The notes below the pieces were generated by a model. That model worked only from the letters and a program-made list of their open reading frames with translations, searched no databases and had not been told where the DNA came from. The position numbers were made by a program, and so were the translations under genes. Positions 49,587 through 59,037 of a stretch of 64,000 nt of DNA are shown one piece after another. How positions within the stretch are numbered: the first letter of the stretch is position 1; every line of letters begins with the position of its first letter. This DNA comes from an uncultured Bacilli bacterium (GTDB lineage: Bacteria; Bacillota_I; Bacilli_A; RF39; UBA660), in assembly GCA_934096945.1 (NCBI GenBank), contig CAKOND010000007.1, forward strand, positions 3,063-67,062, given 5' to 3'.

Positions 49587-50144
49587 ATGAAAAAGTTTTT
49601 AGGTTTTATGGCATTAACAATGGCAATGTTAGTTTTACCAGTGGTGGCAAAGGCAGATACAAATTTTGCCGTAGATTGTGAAAAGAGCTGTCCCACAGAA
49701 AATGGAAAGTGTATATCTGCATGTAAAATAACAGCAAGTGGTAATACATCAAACATAACTAGCATTTCTGTAAATATTGATTTCGTGGCTGATAAAGGTA
49801 TTGTGCTAAAAGACTTTAAAGTTGGTGACGGATGGACAAAATTAAGTCCAACAGATGAAACAATTAATGTAGGATCAGACAAGGTTCAATTAAGCTTTGT
49901 ATCAAGTGGTGTAACTTCATCAAATTTTGAAATAGCTTCATTTAATATGGAACTTGATGATGCATCAGTTAATTGTAATGCAGAAGTAGAAATTAATAAT
50001 GTCAAAACAGAAATAAAAGATGAAAAACCAAGTAACCCTAGTACTGGTGCTGCTCTTCCAATTGCAATCATTGGATGCGGTGCTATTGGTGTTGGATTAA
50101 TCTATACAGCAACTAAGAAAAACAAAAAAATGTACAAAATATAA
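49587..50144 (+). CDS. Small cell-wall-anchored surface protein with an NPSTG sorting signal
   Basis: Signal peptide ending VVAKA. C-terminal NPSTG plus hydrophobic stretch plus KKNKK tail. AAGGAGAG RBS. Confidence 0.75.
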   Translation: MKKFLGFMALTMAMLVLPVVAKADTNFAVDCEKSCPTENGKCISACKITASGNTSNITSISVNIDFVADKGIVLKDFKVGDGWTKLSPTDETINVGSDKVQLSFVSSGVTSSNFEIASFNMELDDASVNCNAEVEINNVKTEIKDEKPSNPSTGAALPIAIIGCGAIGVGLIYTATKKNKKMYKI

Positions 50145-50153
50145 GAAATTTTT

Positions 50154-50182
50154 AACAATCTTGTTTTCAAGATTGTTTTTTT
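50154..50182 (+). terminator. Intrinsic terminator
   Basis: AACAATCTTG / CAAGATTGTT 10-bp stem, 4-nt loop, T5. Confidence 0.75.
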
Positions 50183-50211
50183 GTGTTAAAATAACACCAG
50201 GTGAAGAAATT

Positions 50212-51681
50212 ATGAATGAATTAACAGAACAAGAAATAGTAAGAAGAGAAAAATTAAATGAAATAGCTAAAGTATGTAATCCATATCCTGAAAATTATGT
50301 TAGGACTAATACATTAAAAGAAGTTTCAAAACTTGAAGATGGAACAGAAAATGTTAAAATAGCAGGACGTATAGTTTTTATGCGTAAAATGGGTAAATTA
50401 AGCTTTGCTAGAATTCGCGATCTTGAAGGAAGTATGCAACTTGAATTTAAAATTGATACAGTTGGAGAAGAAAAATATACGTTCTTTAAAAAACTAATTG
50501 ATATTGGTGATTTTATAGGAGCAGAAGGTGAAATTTTTACTACTCAAACTGGAGAAAAAACTTTGAGAGTTCATAATTTTGAATTTTTGGGTAAAGCTCT
50601 AAGACCACTTCCAGAAAAATTCCATGGATTAACAGACATAGATCAAAAATATCGTCAAAGATATGTTGATTTAATAATGAATGAAGATTCAAGAAAAATA
50701 TTTTTAGGAAGAAGTAAGCTTTATGCGTTTTTGCATAAATATTTAGGTGAAAATGGATTCTTAGAAGTAGAAACTCCAATAGTTCAAACAGCAGTAGGAG
50801 GTGCTAGTGCAAAACCATTTTTTACACATCATAATGCTCTAGACATAGATTGTAATTTAAGAATAGCACCAGAACTTTATCTAAAAGAATGTATCGTAGC
50901 TGGATTTGACAGAGTTTATGAACTTGCAAAATGTTTTAGAAATGAAGGAATGGATACACAACATTTGCAAGAATTTACACAAGTTGAATGGTATGTAGCA
51001 TACTGGAAATATGAAGATAACATAAAATTCTTTACAAACTTTATTAAAAACTTATTAAATGAACTTGTTGGAACTCAAATTATATCCTACCAAGGGAAAC
51101 AACTAGATTTTAGTAAAGAAAATTGGGATAGAATAGATTATTGTCAAGAACTTGAAAAAGTATTAGGATTTAATGCTCTAGAAATTGAAGATCCACAAGA
51201 ACTAAAGAAAAAAATTGTTGAAGCTAATCTTTTTACATATAGTGATTTAGAAGAATACAAGTCTTTAAGTCAAATAATTGACTTTGTATATAAGAAGAAA
51301 ATTAGAGAAAATATAGTACAACCAACAATTATTTATAATTATCCAGCAGTATTAAAACCACTTGCTAGAAGATCAGATAATGATCCAAAACGAGTTGATG
51401 TTTTCCAAATTGTCGTATGTGGAACAGAATTATGTAATGCATATTCAGAACTTGTTAATCCACTTGAACAAAGAGCATCTTTTGAAGAACAATTAAAAGC
51501 AAAAGCTCAAGGTGATGACGAAACAATGGACATGGATGAGGATTATTTATCATCTATGGAACAAGGAATGCCACCAATTTCCGGTTTAGGATTTGGAGTA
51601 GATAGAATTTTAATGTTAATATATGATGCTCCGTCTATAAGAGATGTTGTATTATTCCCAACAATGAAACCAAGAGATTAA
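50212..51681 (+). CDS. lysS: Lysine--tRNA ligase (class II)
   Basis: OB-fold N-domain (VKIAGRIVFMRKMGKLSFARIRD) and class II motifs (FRNEG, GLGFGVDRILML). Confidence 0.95.
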   Translation: MNELTEQEIVRREKLNEIAKVCNPYPENYVRTNTLKEVSKLEDGTENVKIAGRIVFMRKMGKLSFARIRDLEGSMQLEFKIDTVGEEKYTFFKKLIDIGDFIGAEGEIFTTQTGEKTLRVHNFEFLGKALRPLPEKFHGLTDIDQKYRQRYVDLIMNEDSRKIFLGRSKLYAFLHKYLGENGFLEVETPIVQTAVGGASAKPFFTHHNALDIDCNLRIAPELYLKECIVAGFDRVYELAKCFRNEGMDTQHLQEFTQVEWYVAYWKYEDNIKFFTNFIKNLLNELVGTQIISYQGKQLDFSKENWDRIDYCQELEKVLGFNALEIEDPQELKKKIVEANLFTYSDLEEYKSLSQIIDFVYKKKIRENIVQPTIIYNYPAVLKPLARRSDNDPKRVDVFQIVVCGTELCNAYSELVNPLEQRASFEEQLKAKAQGDDETMDMDEDYLSSMEQGMPPISGLGFGVDRILMLIYDAPSIRDVVLFPTMKPRD

Positions 51682-51738
51682 AGTTTGACTTTAGTCTCTT
51701 TTTCTGATAGAATAAAAATCACTTCCAGGGGGGAAATT

Positions 51739-52743
51739 ATGTTTGATGAAGAAATTAAAAAAGCAATAAATGGTCTAGAAGATGAAGTAGAAGTAATTTT
51801 TGATGCTTACGATTATTTATATGAATTAGAAACTACGGGCAAAAAGAATAGTCCAGAATACGAATATACAAAAAAATGCATAAAATCATGTATAGATTTA
51901 GAAGATGAATATTTAAACATATTATTAACATCAAATTATGTTGAAGAAATTGTTGAATATTTTAGCAAAAAATACAATTTACCAATATGTTTTCAAATGA
52001 ATCCAACCGTAGATGAAAAGAAAATGCCTGCTATTCGTATAATGAATAAAATATATACAAGTTTATATAAAATGTTACCTAATGACGTATATGAAGGATA
52101 TCCTTTTGATAATTCACTATTTAGATTAAATATTAATCTAGATTTAATAAGATTAACCCTTAGTATTTTATATAGAGCACAAAATGAGAAAATAACAAAG
52201 GAAATAATAAAAATCAAATATAATTTAACATTTACAATAACTGAATTAGAAAATGAATTATTTAGTAAAAATTACAGCATTGCAAAAAATCCATACTTAA
52301 CGAGAGAAGTATTATTATACAATGAAGCATTAAAAGAAAAAGGTAGATTTATAACTAACAGTACCATAATTAATATTTTACATTGTTATATAATAAGTAT
52401 ATTCTCATATGAAAAAACATTTGAAAATGATCCACAAAAATATGCTGACTTTTTATTTAACTTAGCAAGTATAAGAAGCTGTTTAGTAATGCTTGATATA
52501 GAAAGTGCCAATTTAATAATTAATAAAATAAATGAGTTTTTAAATGGAGAAGGGGATTACTCTTTAAAAACATATGCTAATTTTAATGAAGACAATTTTA
52601 TATTATTACTAGATGATTTAACAGAAGTTTTAGAAAATACAAAAAATGTCAAAGATAAAATTTTAGTATTAAGAAAAGCATTAGGAAAGGTAAGTAAAGA
52701 TAGAAGTATTCCAATTAATGTTACTTTAGAAAGAAGGTATTAA
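51739..52743 (+). CDS. Hypothetical protein, paralogue A of a tandem pair
   Basis: GGGGGGAAA RBS. Collinear weak similarity to the next ORF. Confidence 0.55.
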   Translation: MFDEEIKKAINGLEDEVEVIFDAYDYLYELETTGKKNSPEYEYTKKCIKSCIDLEDEYLNILLTSNYVEEIVEYFSKKYNLPICFQMNPTVDEKKMPAIRIMNKIYTSLYKMLPNDVYEGYPFDNSLFRLNINLDLIRLTLSILYRAQNEKITKEIIKIKYNLTFTITELENELFSKNYSIAKNPYLTREVLLYNEALKEKGRFITNSTIINILHCYIISIFSYEKTFENDPQKYADFLFNLASIRSCLVMLDIESANLIINKINEFLNGEGDYSLKTYANFNEDNFILLLDDLTEVLENTKNVKDKILVLRKALGKVSKDRSIPINVTLERRY

Positions 52744-52744
52744 T

Positions 52745-53653
52745 ATGTTAAAAAATAGTAGTTTGGAAGATATCAAAGCATTAGAAAATATTACAAATAG
52801 CATTGTCATAAGTTACCAAAAAATATATGCTTTAGAACTTGAAAACTTAAAAGATAGTGAAGAATTTAAAAAAGCATTAGAAGATTTAAAAAGTAGCATT
52901 TTTATAGAAAAAAGCATTTTATCAAGAATAGCATCTTCATCAGAATTTGAAAGTATCGTAAAGTACGTGGAAAAAAGATATGATGGCAATATAGGTATAG
53001 TATTTAATATATCTCGAAAAAATAAAGATAAAGTTAAGGCCAGAATATTAAATAATTTAAATAGTGCAAAAATTAATAGAGATTGCAAGTTATCAAAAGA
53101 TGAATTTCCAAGTAGCTTATATGTAGTAAATTTTTATAATGATATAATAAAGTTAGCATTAACACTATTTAAATTTAATAAACATGGTATAAATGTTGCA
53201 GATATTAGTGAAATGAAATATATTATTTCCGTAACTAATCCCAAACTTGAAGAAGAACTAGTAGAAAGTAATTTTTCCATTAGTGCTAGTCCATTTCTTG
53301 CAAGTGGTCTATTAATAATAAATGAAAGTGAAAAAAATGTAGCAAATTTAATTAAAGAAATTGAAAGCACTAGTCTATATAATGCCTATATAACAGATAT
53401 ACTAAGAACAGATGTTAACATATTAAATGATCCCGTTTCATTTAAAAAAATAATTTTTAATAGTTGTATCTTAAGAAGTACTTTTGTTTTATCAAATAGT
53501 CTTTATGATTCTGCCAGAGCCAAAAGTGATTATGTAATTGAAAATTTAAAGAAATATCCTTCTGCTAAAATAGCTTTAGAGTTATATCTAGAAATAGTAA
53601 GTAGCTATGAAAATGATAAAAAAGTACCACAGTATTTAAGTTTTATGCGATAA
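52745..53653 (+). CDS. Hypothetical protein, paralogue B of a tandem pair
   Basis: Starts 2 nt after the stop of paralogue A. Shares helix-rich layout and local strings (e.g. ...VKYVEKRY vs ...VEYFSKKY). Confidence 0.55.
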   Translation: MLKNSSLEDIKALENITNSIVISYQKIYALELENLKDSEEFKKALEDLKSSIFIEKSILSRIASSSEFESIVKYVEKRYDGNIGIVFNISRKNKDKVKARILNNLNSAKINRDCKLSKDEFPSSLYVVNFYNDIIKLALTLFKFNKHGINVADISEMKYIISVTNPKLEEELVESNFSISASPFLASGLLIINESEKNVANLIKEIESTSLYNAYITDILRTDVNILNDPVSFKKIIFNSCILRSTFVLSNSLYDSARAKSDYVIENLKKYPSAKIALELYLEIVSSYENDKKVPQYLSFMR

Positions 53654-53660
53654 ATATATG

Positions 53661-53687
53661 AAAAAAGTATGAAAATACTTTTTTTTC
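53661..53687 (+). terminator. Intrinsic terminator
   Basis: AAAAGTAT / ATACTTTT stem with a GAAA loop and a T-tract. Confidence 0.6.
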
Positions 53688-53726
53688 TTTTGTTTGGGTG
53701 TTATAATTTTATTAAGGAGGTAGAGA

Positions 53727-55331
53727 ATGAAAAAAATATTTGAAAAACAAGGCGTATTAAGATGTATAGGTGCTTTTCTAGACATAGTTGCATTTATATT
53801 ATTTATAGTTGCAGCTTTTGTAGAAGGAACAAATCCTGATATGATTTTAAAAATTACAGGAATGGTTCTATTTACAGTTGGAAGCATGATGATAGCCCTA
53901 AAGAGTGAAAAACATACACTAACAAAAAGTATTTTAGTTTTTGTAATAGCTGGTATAATAGCTTCATGGCTATTTACAAGTGGTATGTTCCAAGGTTCTG
54001 ACTTTGTTGATAAGAATTTTACTCGTATAGGTCTAGTAGATATTGGCTTTATGCTATATTATTCAGTATATTTCATGATGGATAAAATTCCTTTACTACT
54101 TGTTTTAGGTGGTTTTTATGGTGTTTTATCAAAAATTAGTGGATATCAAAAACTAACTGATAGTTTAGCTGAAAAATTTAGCAAACACCCAATCGTTACA
54201 AGTGTTGTAATAAGTGTATTACTATTTGTACTTACATCATTATTCTCACAAACACTTATAGTTTTATTATTCATTCCATTCTTTGTTACTATTTTATCAA
54301 AAATGGGTATGGACAAGCTAACAGTGTTTGCCGTAACATTTGGTAGTGCTTTAGTCGGTATTTTAGGCTGTACATTTGGTACAGATAGTTTAGCGGCCTT
54401 TAACAAGTATGTAGGAAAAGATGTTAAACTTGGTATTAATTATCGTTATATGATTGCTGCAGTAGCTTTAGTATTATATAATTTCTTCATTGCTATGCGT
54501 ATTCGCAAAATTGATAAAGAAATGAAAAAGAATGCTAAATCAGCTAGCAAAGAAAGCGATATGTTTGAAGTTGAAAAAGTATCTAGCAAAGGTAAAACAA
54601 AAATGCTACCAGCTATAATTGTTTTAGCAATTTCTGTAATAATAACAATACTAGGTTATATTAACTGGAACACTATTTTTGGAATCGAAATTTTTGATAA
54701 ATTCCACGAATGGTTAACAGGTCTTGAAGCTGGTGCAGATTTTACTATTATTCAATACATTCTAGGTGCAAATGTTCAAGCATTAGGTAGCATTCAATAT
54801 GTATTTAATATTCTAATTCTTTTACTTTTAGTAAGTGGCTTACTAGCATTCCTATATAAAATGAGCTTCGATGAATATGTTGAAAGTTTTTATGAAGGAA
54901 CTAAGAAAGTATATAAACCAATATTATTCTTGTTATTTGCAAATATGATTTTTGCAGCAAGTTATATATCAGGTTCACCACTTAATTCTGTATTTAATTG
55001 GATCTTAAATCTTGTTGAAGGATTTAACCCATATTTAACTTCAATTGTAGCATTTATAACTTCATTATTCCATAATGATTTTGGATATGTTGCTTATACA
55101 ATCGGAAGCTTCTTAACATCAGTTTATGCTGATAATATAGAAATTGTACATACAATATTTACATCAATGTACGGTATTGTTCAAATATTCCTTCCAACAA
55201 GTGCTATTTTAGTAATAGGTCTTTCAATGATGAAAGTAAATTACAAAGATTGGTTCAAATATATTTGGTTATTTGTTGTTGGCATGGTAATAATATTACT
55301 AGTATTATTTACAGTAGTAACTTATATCTAA
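53727..55331 (+). CDS. Polytopic membrane transporter, YfcC/DcuC-like (ion transporter superfamily)
   Basis: More than 10 predicted TM helices. The segment LLLVLGGFYGVLSKISGY...LFIPFFVTILSKMGMDKLT resembles YfcC-family proteins. Confidence 0.5.
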   Translation: MKKIFEKQGVLRCIGAFLDIVAFILFIVAAFVEGTNPDMILKITGMVLFTVGSMMIALKSEKHTLTKSILVFVIAGIIASWLFTSGMFQGSDFVDKNFTRIGLVDIGFMLYYSVYFMMDKIPLLLVLGGFYGVLSKISGYQKLTDSLAEKFSKHPIVTSVVISVLLFVLTSLFSQTLIVLLFIPFFVTILSKMGMDKLTVFAVTFGSALVGILGCTFGTDSLAAFNKYVGKDVKLGINYRYMIAAVALVLYNFFIAMRIRKIDKEMKKNAKSASKESDMFEVEKVSSKGKTKMLPAIIVLAISVIITILGYINWNTIFGIEIFDKFHEWLTGLEAGADFTIIQYILGANVQALGSIQYVFNILILLLLVSGLLAFLYKMSFDEYVESFYEGTKKVYKPILFLLFANMIFAASYISGSPLNSVFNWILNLVEGFNPYLTSIVAFITSLFHNDFGYVAYTIGSFLTSVYADNIEIVHTIFTSMYGIVQIFLPTSAILVIGLSMMKVNYKDWFKYIWLFVVGMVIILLVLFTVVTYI

Positions 55332-55480
55332 GAGTTCAAAAAAATGAACTCTTTTTCTTTGCTATCTAAAAAATTATTATCATGTTAGTAAGAAAAAATT
55401 TAGAGATTAACTAAGTCACAAATTTAAAATTTAAAAATTTTATAGTTTTTTTTCTCTCAAAAATGTAGTATACTAAACTT

Positions 55481-56152
55481 ATGGAAGATATTAGAAAAAT
55501 TAGAACAATTATAACCAGAATAAATACGAAATGCGACAAAGAAAGCATTAGTCTAAGTGATGCCTTAAATAAACTAGGAATTACTATTTTAAATTACCTT
55601 GAAATAATAGGTATGGATGTAAAAATTTTAAATGAAAATACTTTAAAGGAAATTGAAAACTTATTTTCACTTAAGGATACAAAAGTAATAGCTTCACCAA
55701 ATATGAAAGATATAGATACGGATGAAATAGAGATTTTTTCTAAAAGCTATCCTTGTAGCATTCATTACCAAAAAAATAAAATAACTTTAAATGGTTATAA
55801 TAAAAAAGAAAACGAAGAAAATATATATGAAGATAGCATTGTAATTATTAGTAAAAAAGACGAAGAAATATCGTTTAATTTATCCACCATTACAGATAAA
55901 AGTGTACTAAAAAATAGAATACTAACAGAAAAATATTTACTTAAACACATGAGACTTATTGTAACTTACAAACAAAATAAACAAAAATCAAGTTATGAGT
56001 TTATCATAAACAATGATATGTTAAAAAGCGACTTAAATTATCTCTTAAGGCTTTTAATGAATTTTAAGTTTGTAGAAAGCTATGCCATTTTAAAAAAATA
56101 TCCAGCAAGTATTAAAATAATTAGTGATGATGAAGAAACTTGTATAAAATAA
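55481..56152 (+). CDS. Hypothetical protein
   Basis: 223-aa ORF with no motif recognised. Confidence 0.45.
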   Translation: MEDIRKIRTIITRINTKCDKESISLSDALNKLGITILNYLEIIGMDVKILNENTLKEIENLFSLKDTKVIASPNMKDIDTDEIEIFSKSYPCSIHYQKNKITLNGYNKKENEENIYEDSIVIISKKDEEISFNLSTITDKSVLKNRILTEKYLLKHMRLIVTYKQNKQKSSYEFIINNDMLKSDLNYLLRLLMNFKFVESYAILKKYPASIKIISDDEETCIK

Positions 56153-56199
56153 TAAAAAAATTCCCACAACATACATAGAATTATAAAAGGGAGGATTCT

Positions 56200-58290
56200 A
56201 TGTACAATAATTATTGTCTAGAAGTAAAAAAAATATTTAAAGATGCAGAAAAAACAGCAATTGATTTAAATCATCCATATATTGGAACCGAACACTTACT
56301 ATTAAGTCTGATTAAAAACAATGATAAAATTAAAAAAACTTTATTAAAATATGATTTAACATATGATAATTTTTTAGATGAACTTCTTTTAGTAGTAGGC
56401 ACTAGTGAAAGCAAAAAATGTACTGGTATTTATACCCCTTTATTAAAAAGAGTAATTAAAACTGCAGATGAAATATCTAAAAATAAAGTAATAGAGCCAG
56501 TTCATCTATTAGAAGCTATACTTGAAGAAGGTGAAGGAATAGCCATTCGCATAATAATAAGTATGGGAACAGACATAGATAAATTATATGATGAGATAAA
56601 AAAGAAAAATAAAAAAGAAAATAACAAGCTAGAATTATACAATATTGGTAAAAATATGCAAGAAATAGGAAGTGACGATATCTTAATAGGTAGAGAAAAA
56701 GAATTAAATTTAATAATAGAAACATTGCTTCGTAAAAATAAGAATAATCCACTTTTAATCGGACCAGCCGGAGTAGGTAAAAGTGCTATAATTGAAGAAC
56801 TAGCAAGAAGAATTAAAAATGGTAACGTTCCAAGCAAATTAAAAGATAAAAAAATAGTATCACTTGAAATGTCTTCACTTGTTGCAGGTACTAAATATCG
56901 TGGTGAATTTGAAGAAAAGTTAAATAAAGTTATTAAAGAAATAGAAGAAAACCCCGAAATAATTTTATTTATTGACGAAATTCACACTATGGCCAATGCC
57001 GGGGGAGCAGAAGGAGCAATAAATGCAAGCGACATATTAAAACCATACTTAGCCCGTGGAAAAGTAAAAATAATCGGTGCAACGACCACAAATGAATATA
57101 ACAAATTTATAGCTAAAGACAAAGCTTTATCAAGAAGATTTGAAATTATTAAAATAAACGAACCAACTATAAAAGAAACAGAAAATATATTATCTAAAAT
57201 AAGACCATCTTTTGAAAAACATTACAACATAAAAATAACCAAAGAAAACATAAGAGATATTGTTTTATTAACTGATAAATATATATTAGATAGGTTTAAT
57301 CCAGACAAATCAATTGATTTACTTGACAGTGTTTGTGCAATGAAAGAAGTTGAAAGCACTAAAGAAAAAGACATCTCTAAGTTAAAAGACAAACTACTTA
57401 ATATTGTAAAGAAAAAAGAAAATATGGTAAAGAAAAATAATTTTGAAGAAGCACTAAAATATCGTAGTATGGAAATAGATTTAACAAAAAAAATAGATAA
57501 TGAAGAAAATACACCAAATAAAATAACACAAAAAGATATAAAAGAAGTAATAGAAAGAAAAAGTAATATTTCATTTTTACAAGAAAATTATGAAGACCTA
57601 AAAAAATATTTATTTAAAAATATAATAGGGCAAAATGCAGCCATTGAAGAGATTATAAACACTTTGAGGCTAAAAGAAGAAGATTTGCCTGTCTCAATAC
57701 TTCTCACGGGATCAACCGGAACAGGTAAAACAAAAACCGTTAAAGATATAGCAACGTATCTTGATATACCACTTATAAGACTTGATTTAAGTGAATATAA
57801 TGAAAGTATATCAATAACAAGATTAATCGGAGCAAGTGCGGGTTATGTAGGTTATGATGATGAAAATATTTTTGAAAAAGTACGTATGAACCCACACTCT
57901 ATAATTCTTTTAGATGAACTTGAAAAAGCCCATCAAAATGTTATAAATTTATTTTTGCAAATATTAGATGAAGGGTATGTAACTAATTCTAAAGGAGAAA
58001 AAATAGATTTTAAAAATACAATTATATTTATGACAAGTAATGCTGAAGTAAATAACAAAATAGGATTTATGAAAGGCAAAAGTAATTATCAAAATAGCTT
58101 TAGCAAAGAATTTTTAAGTAGAATAAATACTACCATAAATTATAATAATATTACTGAAGAAATGTTAAAAGAATATTTAGACAAAAAAAATATTAAAGAT
58201 TATTCTTTAATTAAAGATTTTGATTATATAAACCAAGGCTTTCGAGGGCTAGATAAATATTTAAAAAAGCAAAAAAATAAAGTTAGATAA
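56200..58290 (+). CDS. ClpC/ClpB-like double-AAA+ chaperone, compact (696 aa)
   Basis: Clp_N repeats (HPYIGTEHLLLSLI, EPVHLLEAILEEGEG), D1 Walker A/B (GPAGVGKSA, LFIDEIH), D2 Walker A/B (GSTGTGKTK, ILLDELEKAH), IGF tripeptide. Confidence 0.85.
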   Translation: MYNNYCLEVKKIFKDAEKTAIDLNHPYIGTEHLLLSLIKNNDKIKKTLLKYDLTYDNFLDELLLVVGTSESKKCTGIYTPLLKRVIKTADEISKNKVIEPVHLLEAILEEGEGIAIRIIISMGTDIDKLYDEIKKKNKKENNKLELYNIGKNMQEIGSDDILIGREKELNLIIETLLRKNKNNPLLIGPAGVGKSAIIEELARRIKNGNVPSKLKDKKIVSLEMSSLVAGTKYRGEFEEKLNKVIKEIEENPEIILFIDEIHTMANAGGAEGAINASDILKPYLARGKVKIIGATTTNEYNKFIAKDKALSRRFEIIKINEPTIKETENILSKIRPSFEKHYNIKITKENIRDIVLLTDKYILDRFNPDKSIDLLDSVCAMKEVESTKEKDISKLKDKLLNIVKKKENMVKKNNFEEALKYRSMEIDLTKKIDNEENTPNKITQKDIKEVIERKSNISFLQENYEDLKKYLFKNIIGQNAAIEEIINTLRLKEEDLPVSILLTGSTGTGKTKTVKDIATYLDIPLIRLDLSEYNESISITRLIGASAGYVGYDDENIFEKVRMNPHSIILLDELEKAHQNVINLFLQILDEGYVTNSKGEKIDFKNTIIFMTSNAEVNNKIGFMKGKSNYQNSFSKEFLSRINTTINYNNITEEMLKEYLDKKNIKDYSLIKDFDYINQGFRGLDKYLKKQKNKVR

Positions 58291-58406
58291 ATAGGGAATA
58301 AAATCTCTATTTTTATTTTGCTTTATTTTAAGGGACATAAGTAATTTACAATCAATGGACTAGCTCATAAGATATAGTATAAGATAACTTTAAAGGAGGT
58401 GATATC

Positions 58407-58676
58407 TTGACTATATCATTATCAGTAGTAATTATGCTTGTAGCATATATATTCGGAGCCATAACTAAAATGTTTACTCAGAAATTACCTAATAATTTTA
58501 TACCTATTCAAAATGTTGTAATAGGAATAATTAGTGGGATAATTTGTTTCTTTTTAAAACTTGATGACAACTTACTTAATTCAATTTTAGTAGGACTTAT
58601 GTCTACGATGAGTGCAGGTGGAATAGCAGATCTCATAGAAGTGAAAAAAACACAAGATAATGAAACTAAAGGATAA
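58407..58676 (+). CDS. Phage-holin-like small membrane protein (TTG start)
   Basis: 89 aa with 2-3 TM helices (VVIMLVAYIFGAI, VVIGIISGIICFF, LVGLMSTMSAGGIADL). AAAGGAGGTGA RBS. No adjacent endolysin. Confidence 0.55.
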   Translation: MTISLSVVIMLVAYIFGAITKMFTQKLPNNFIPIQNVVIGIISGIICFFLKLDDNLLNSILVGLMSTMSAGGIADLIEVKKTQDNETKG

Positions 58677-58737
58677 ATATTTTTTCTATAAGCAAATGAC
58701 AATTGTTTAACCAATGTTTTTAATATCAATTTGTGGC

Positions 58738-58766
58738 TTGAAATTGTTATAATTTTATGGTAATAT
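58738..58766 (+). promoter_or_regulatory. Promoter of repeat unit A
   Basis: TTGAAA, 17 nt, TAATAT. Confidence 0.45.
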
Positions 58767-58773
58767 AAGTATA

Positions 58774-58892
58774 TATGAAAGAAAAATTCATATAATAAAA
58801 AAAGAAACATTTGATTTTCAAACGTCAGTGCTTACTTTTTATTAAGGTTGATGTTTACTTGAACATTAATAATGACAAGTAAACATTTTTTT
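58774..58892 (+). ncRNA. Repeat unit A: a ~118-nt promoter-to-terminator unit, candidate cis-antisense sRNA
   Basis: Hairpins TATGAA/TTCATA and TTTGA/TCAAA, then terminator ATGTTTACTTG/CAAGTAAACAT plus T6 (58851-58892). The 58807-58892 core is about 93 percent identical to 59187-59272. Confidence 0.4.
58797..58824 (-). terminator. Minus-strand terminator candidate after the small ORF
   Basis: On the minus strand, CGTTTGA-aaa-TCAAATG is followed by TTTCTTTTTTT. Confidence 0.4.
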
Positions 58893-58942
58893 AATGATGC
58901 TAAAAGCTTCATTAAAAATTTCTTAAACCGTTTTAACAGCAT
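58832..58942 (-). CDS. Candidate small ORF (36 aa): MLLKRFKKFLMKLLASLKKCLLVIINVQVNINLNKK
   Basis: GC-rich SD AAGGGAGGG lies 6 nt upstream of the ATG, in a very AT-rich context. The ORF is below the length cutoff of the ORF track. Two further in-frame ATGs lie at 58948 and 58960. Confidence 0.35.
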   Translation of the reverse strand: MLLKRFKKFLMKLLASLKKCLLVIINVQVNINLNKK

Positions 58943-59004
58943 AAGCATCCCTCCCTTCATAATCGCCAAAACCCCATATATAGGATAATATTAATTAATC
59001 CGGA

Positions 59005-59030
59005 AGTAAGCACCGACAATCAAATGTTTC
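59005..59030 (-). repeat. Inverted partial copy C of the repeat core
   Basis: The reverse complement GAAACATTTGATTGTCGGTGCTTACTT matches 58804-58838, with one mismatch and a 7-nt deletion. Confidence 0.8.
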
Positions 59031-59037
59031 AATATTT

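Noticed and set aside
56153-56199. CtsR operator upstream of the ClpC-like gene
   Set aside because: No tandem GGTCAAA-type heptad repeat is present in the 47-nt gap or in the preceding 150 nt.
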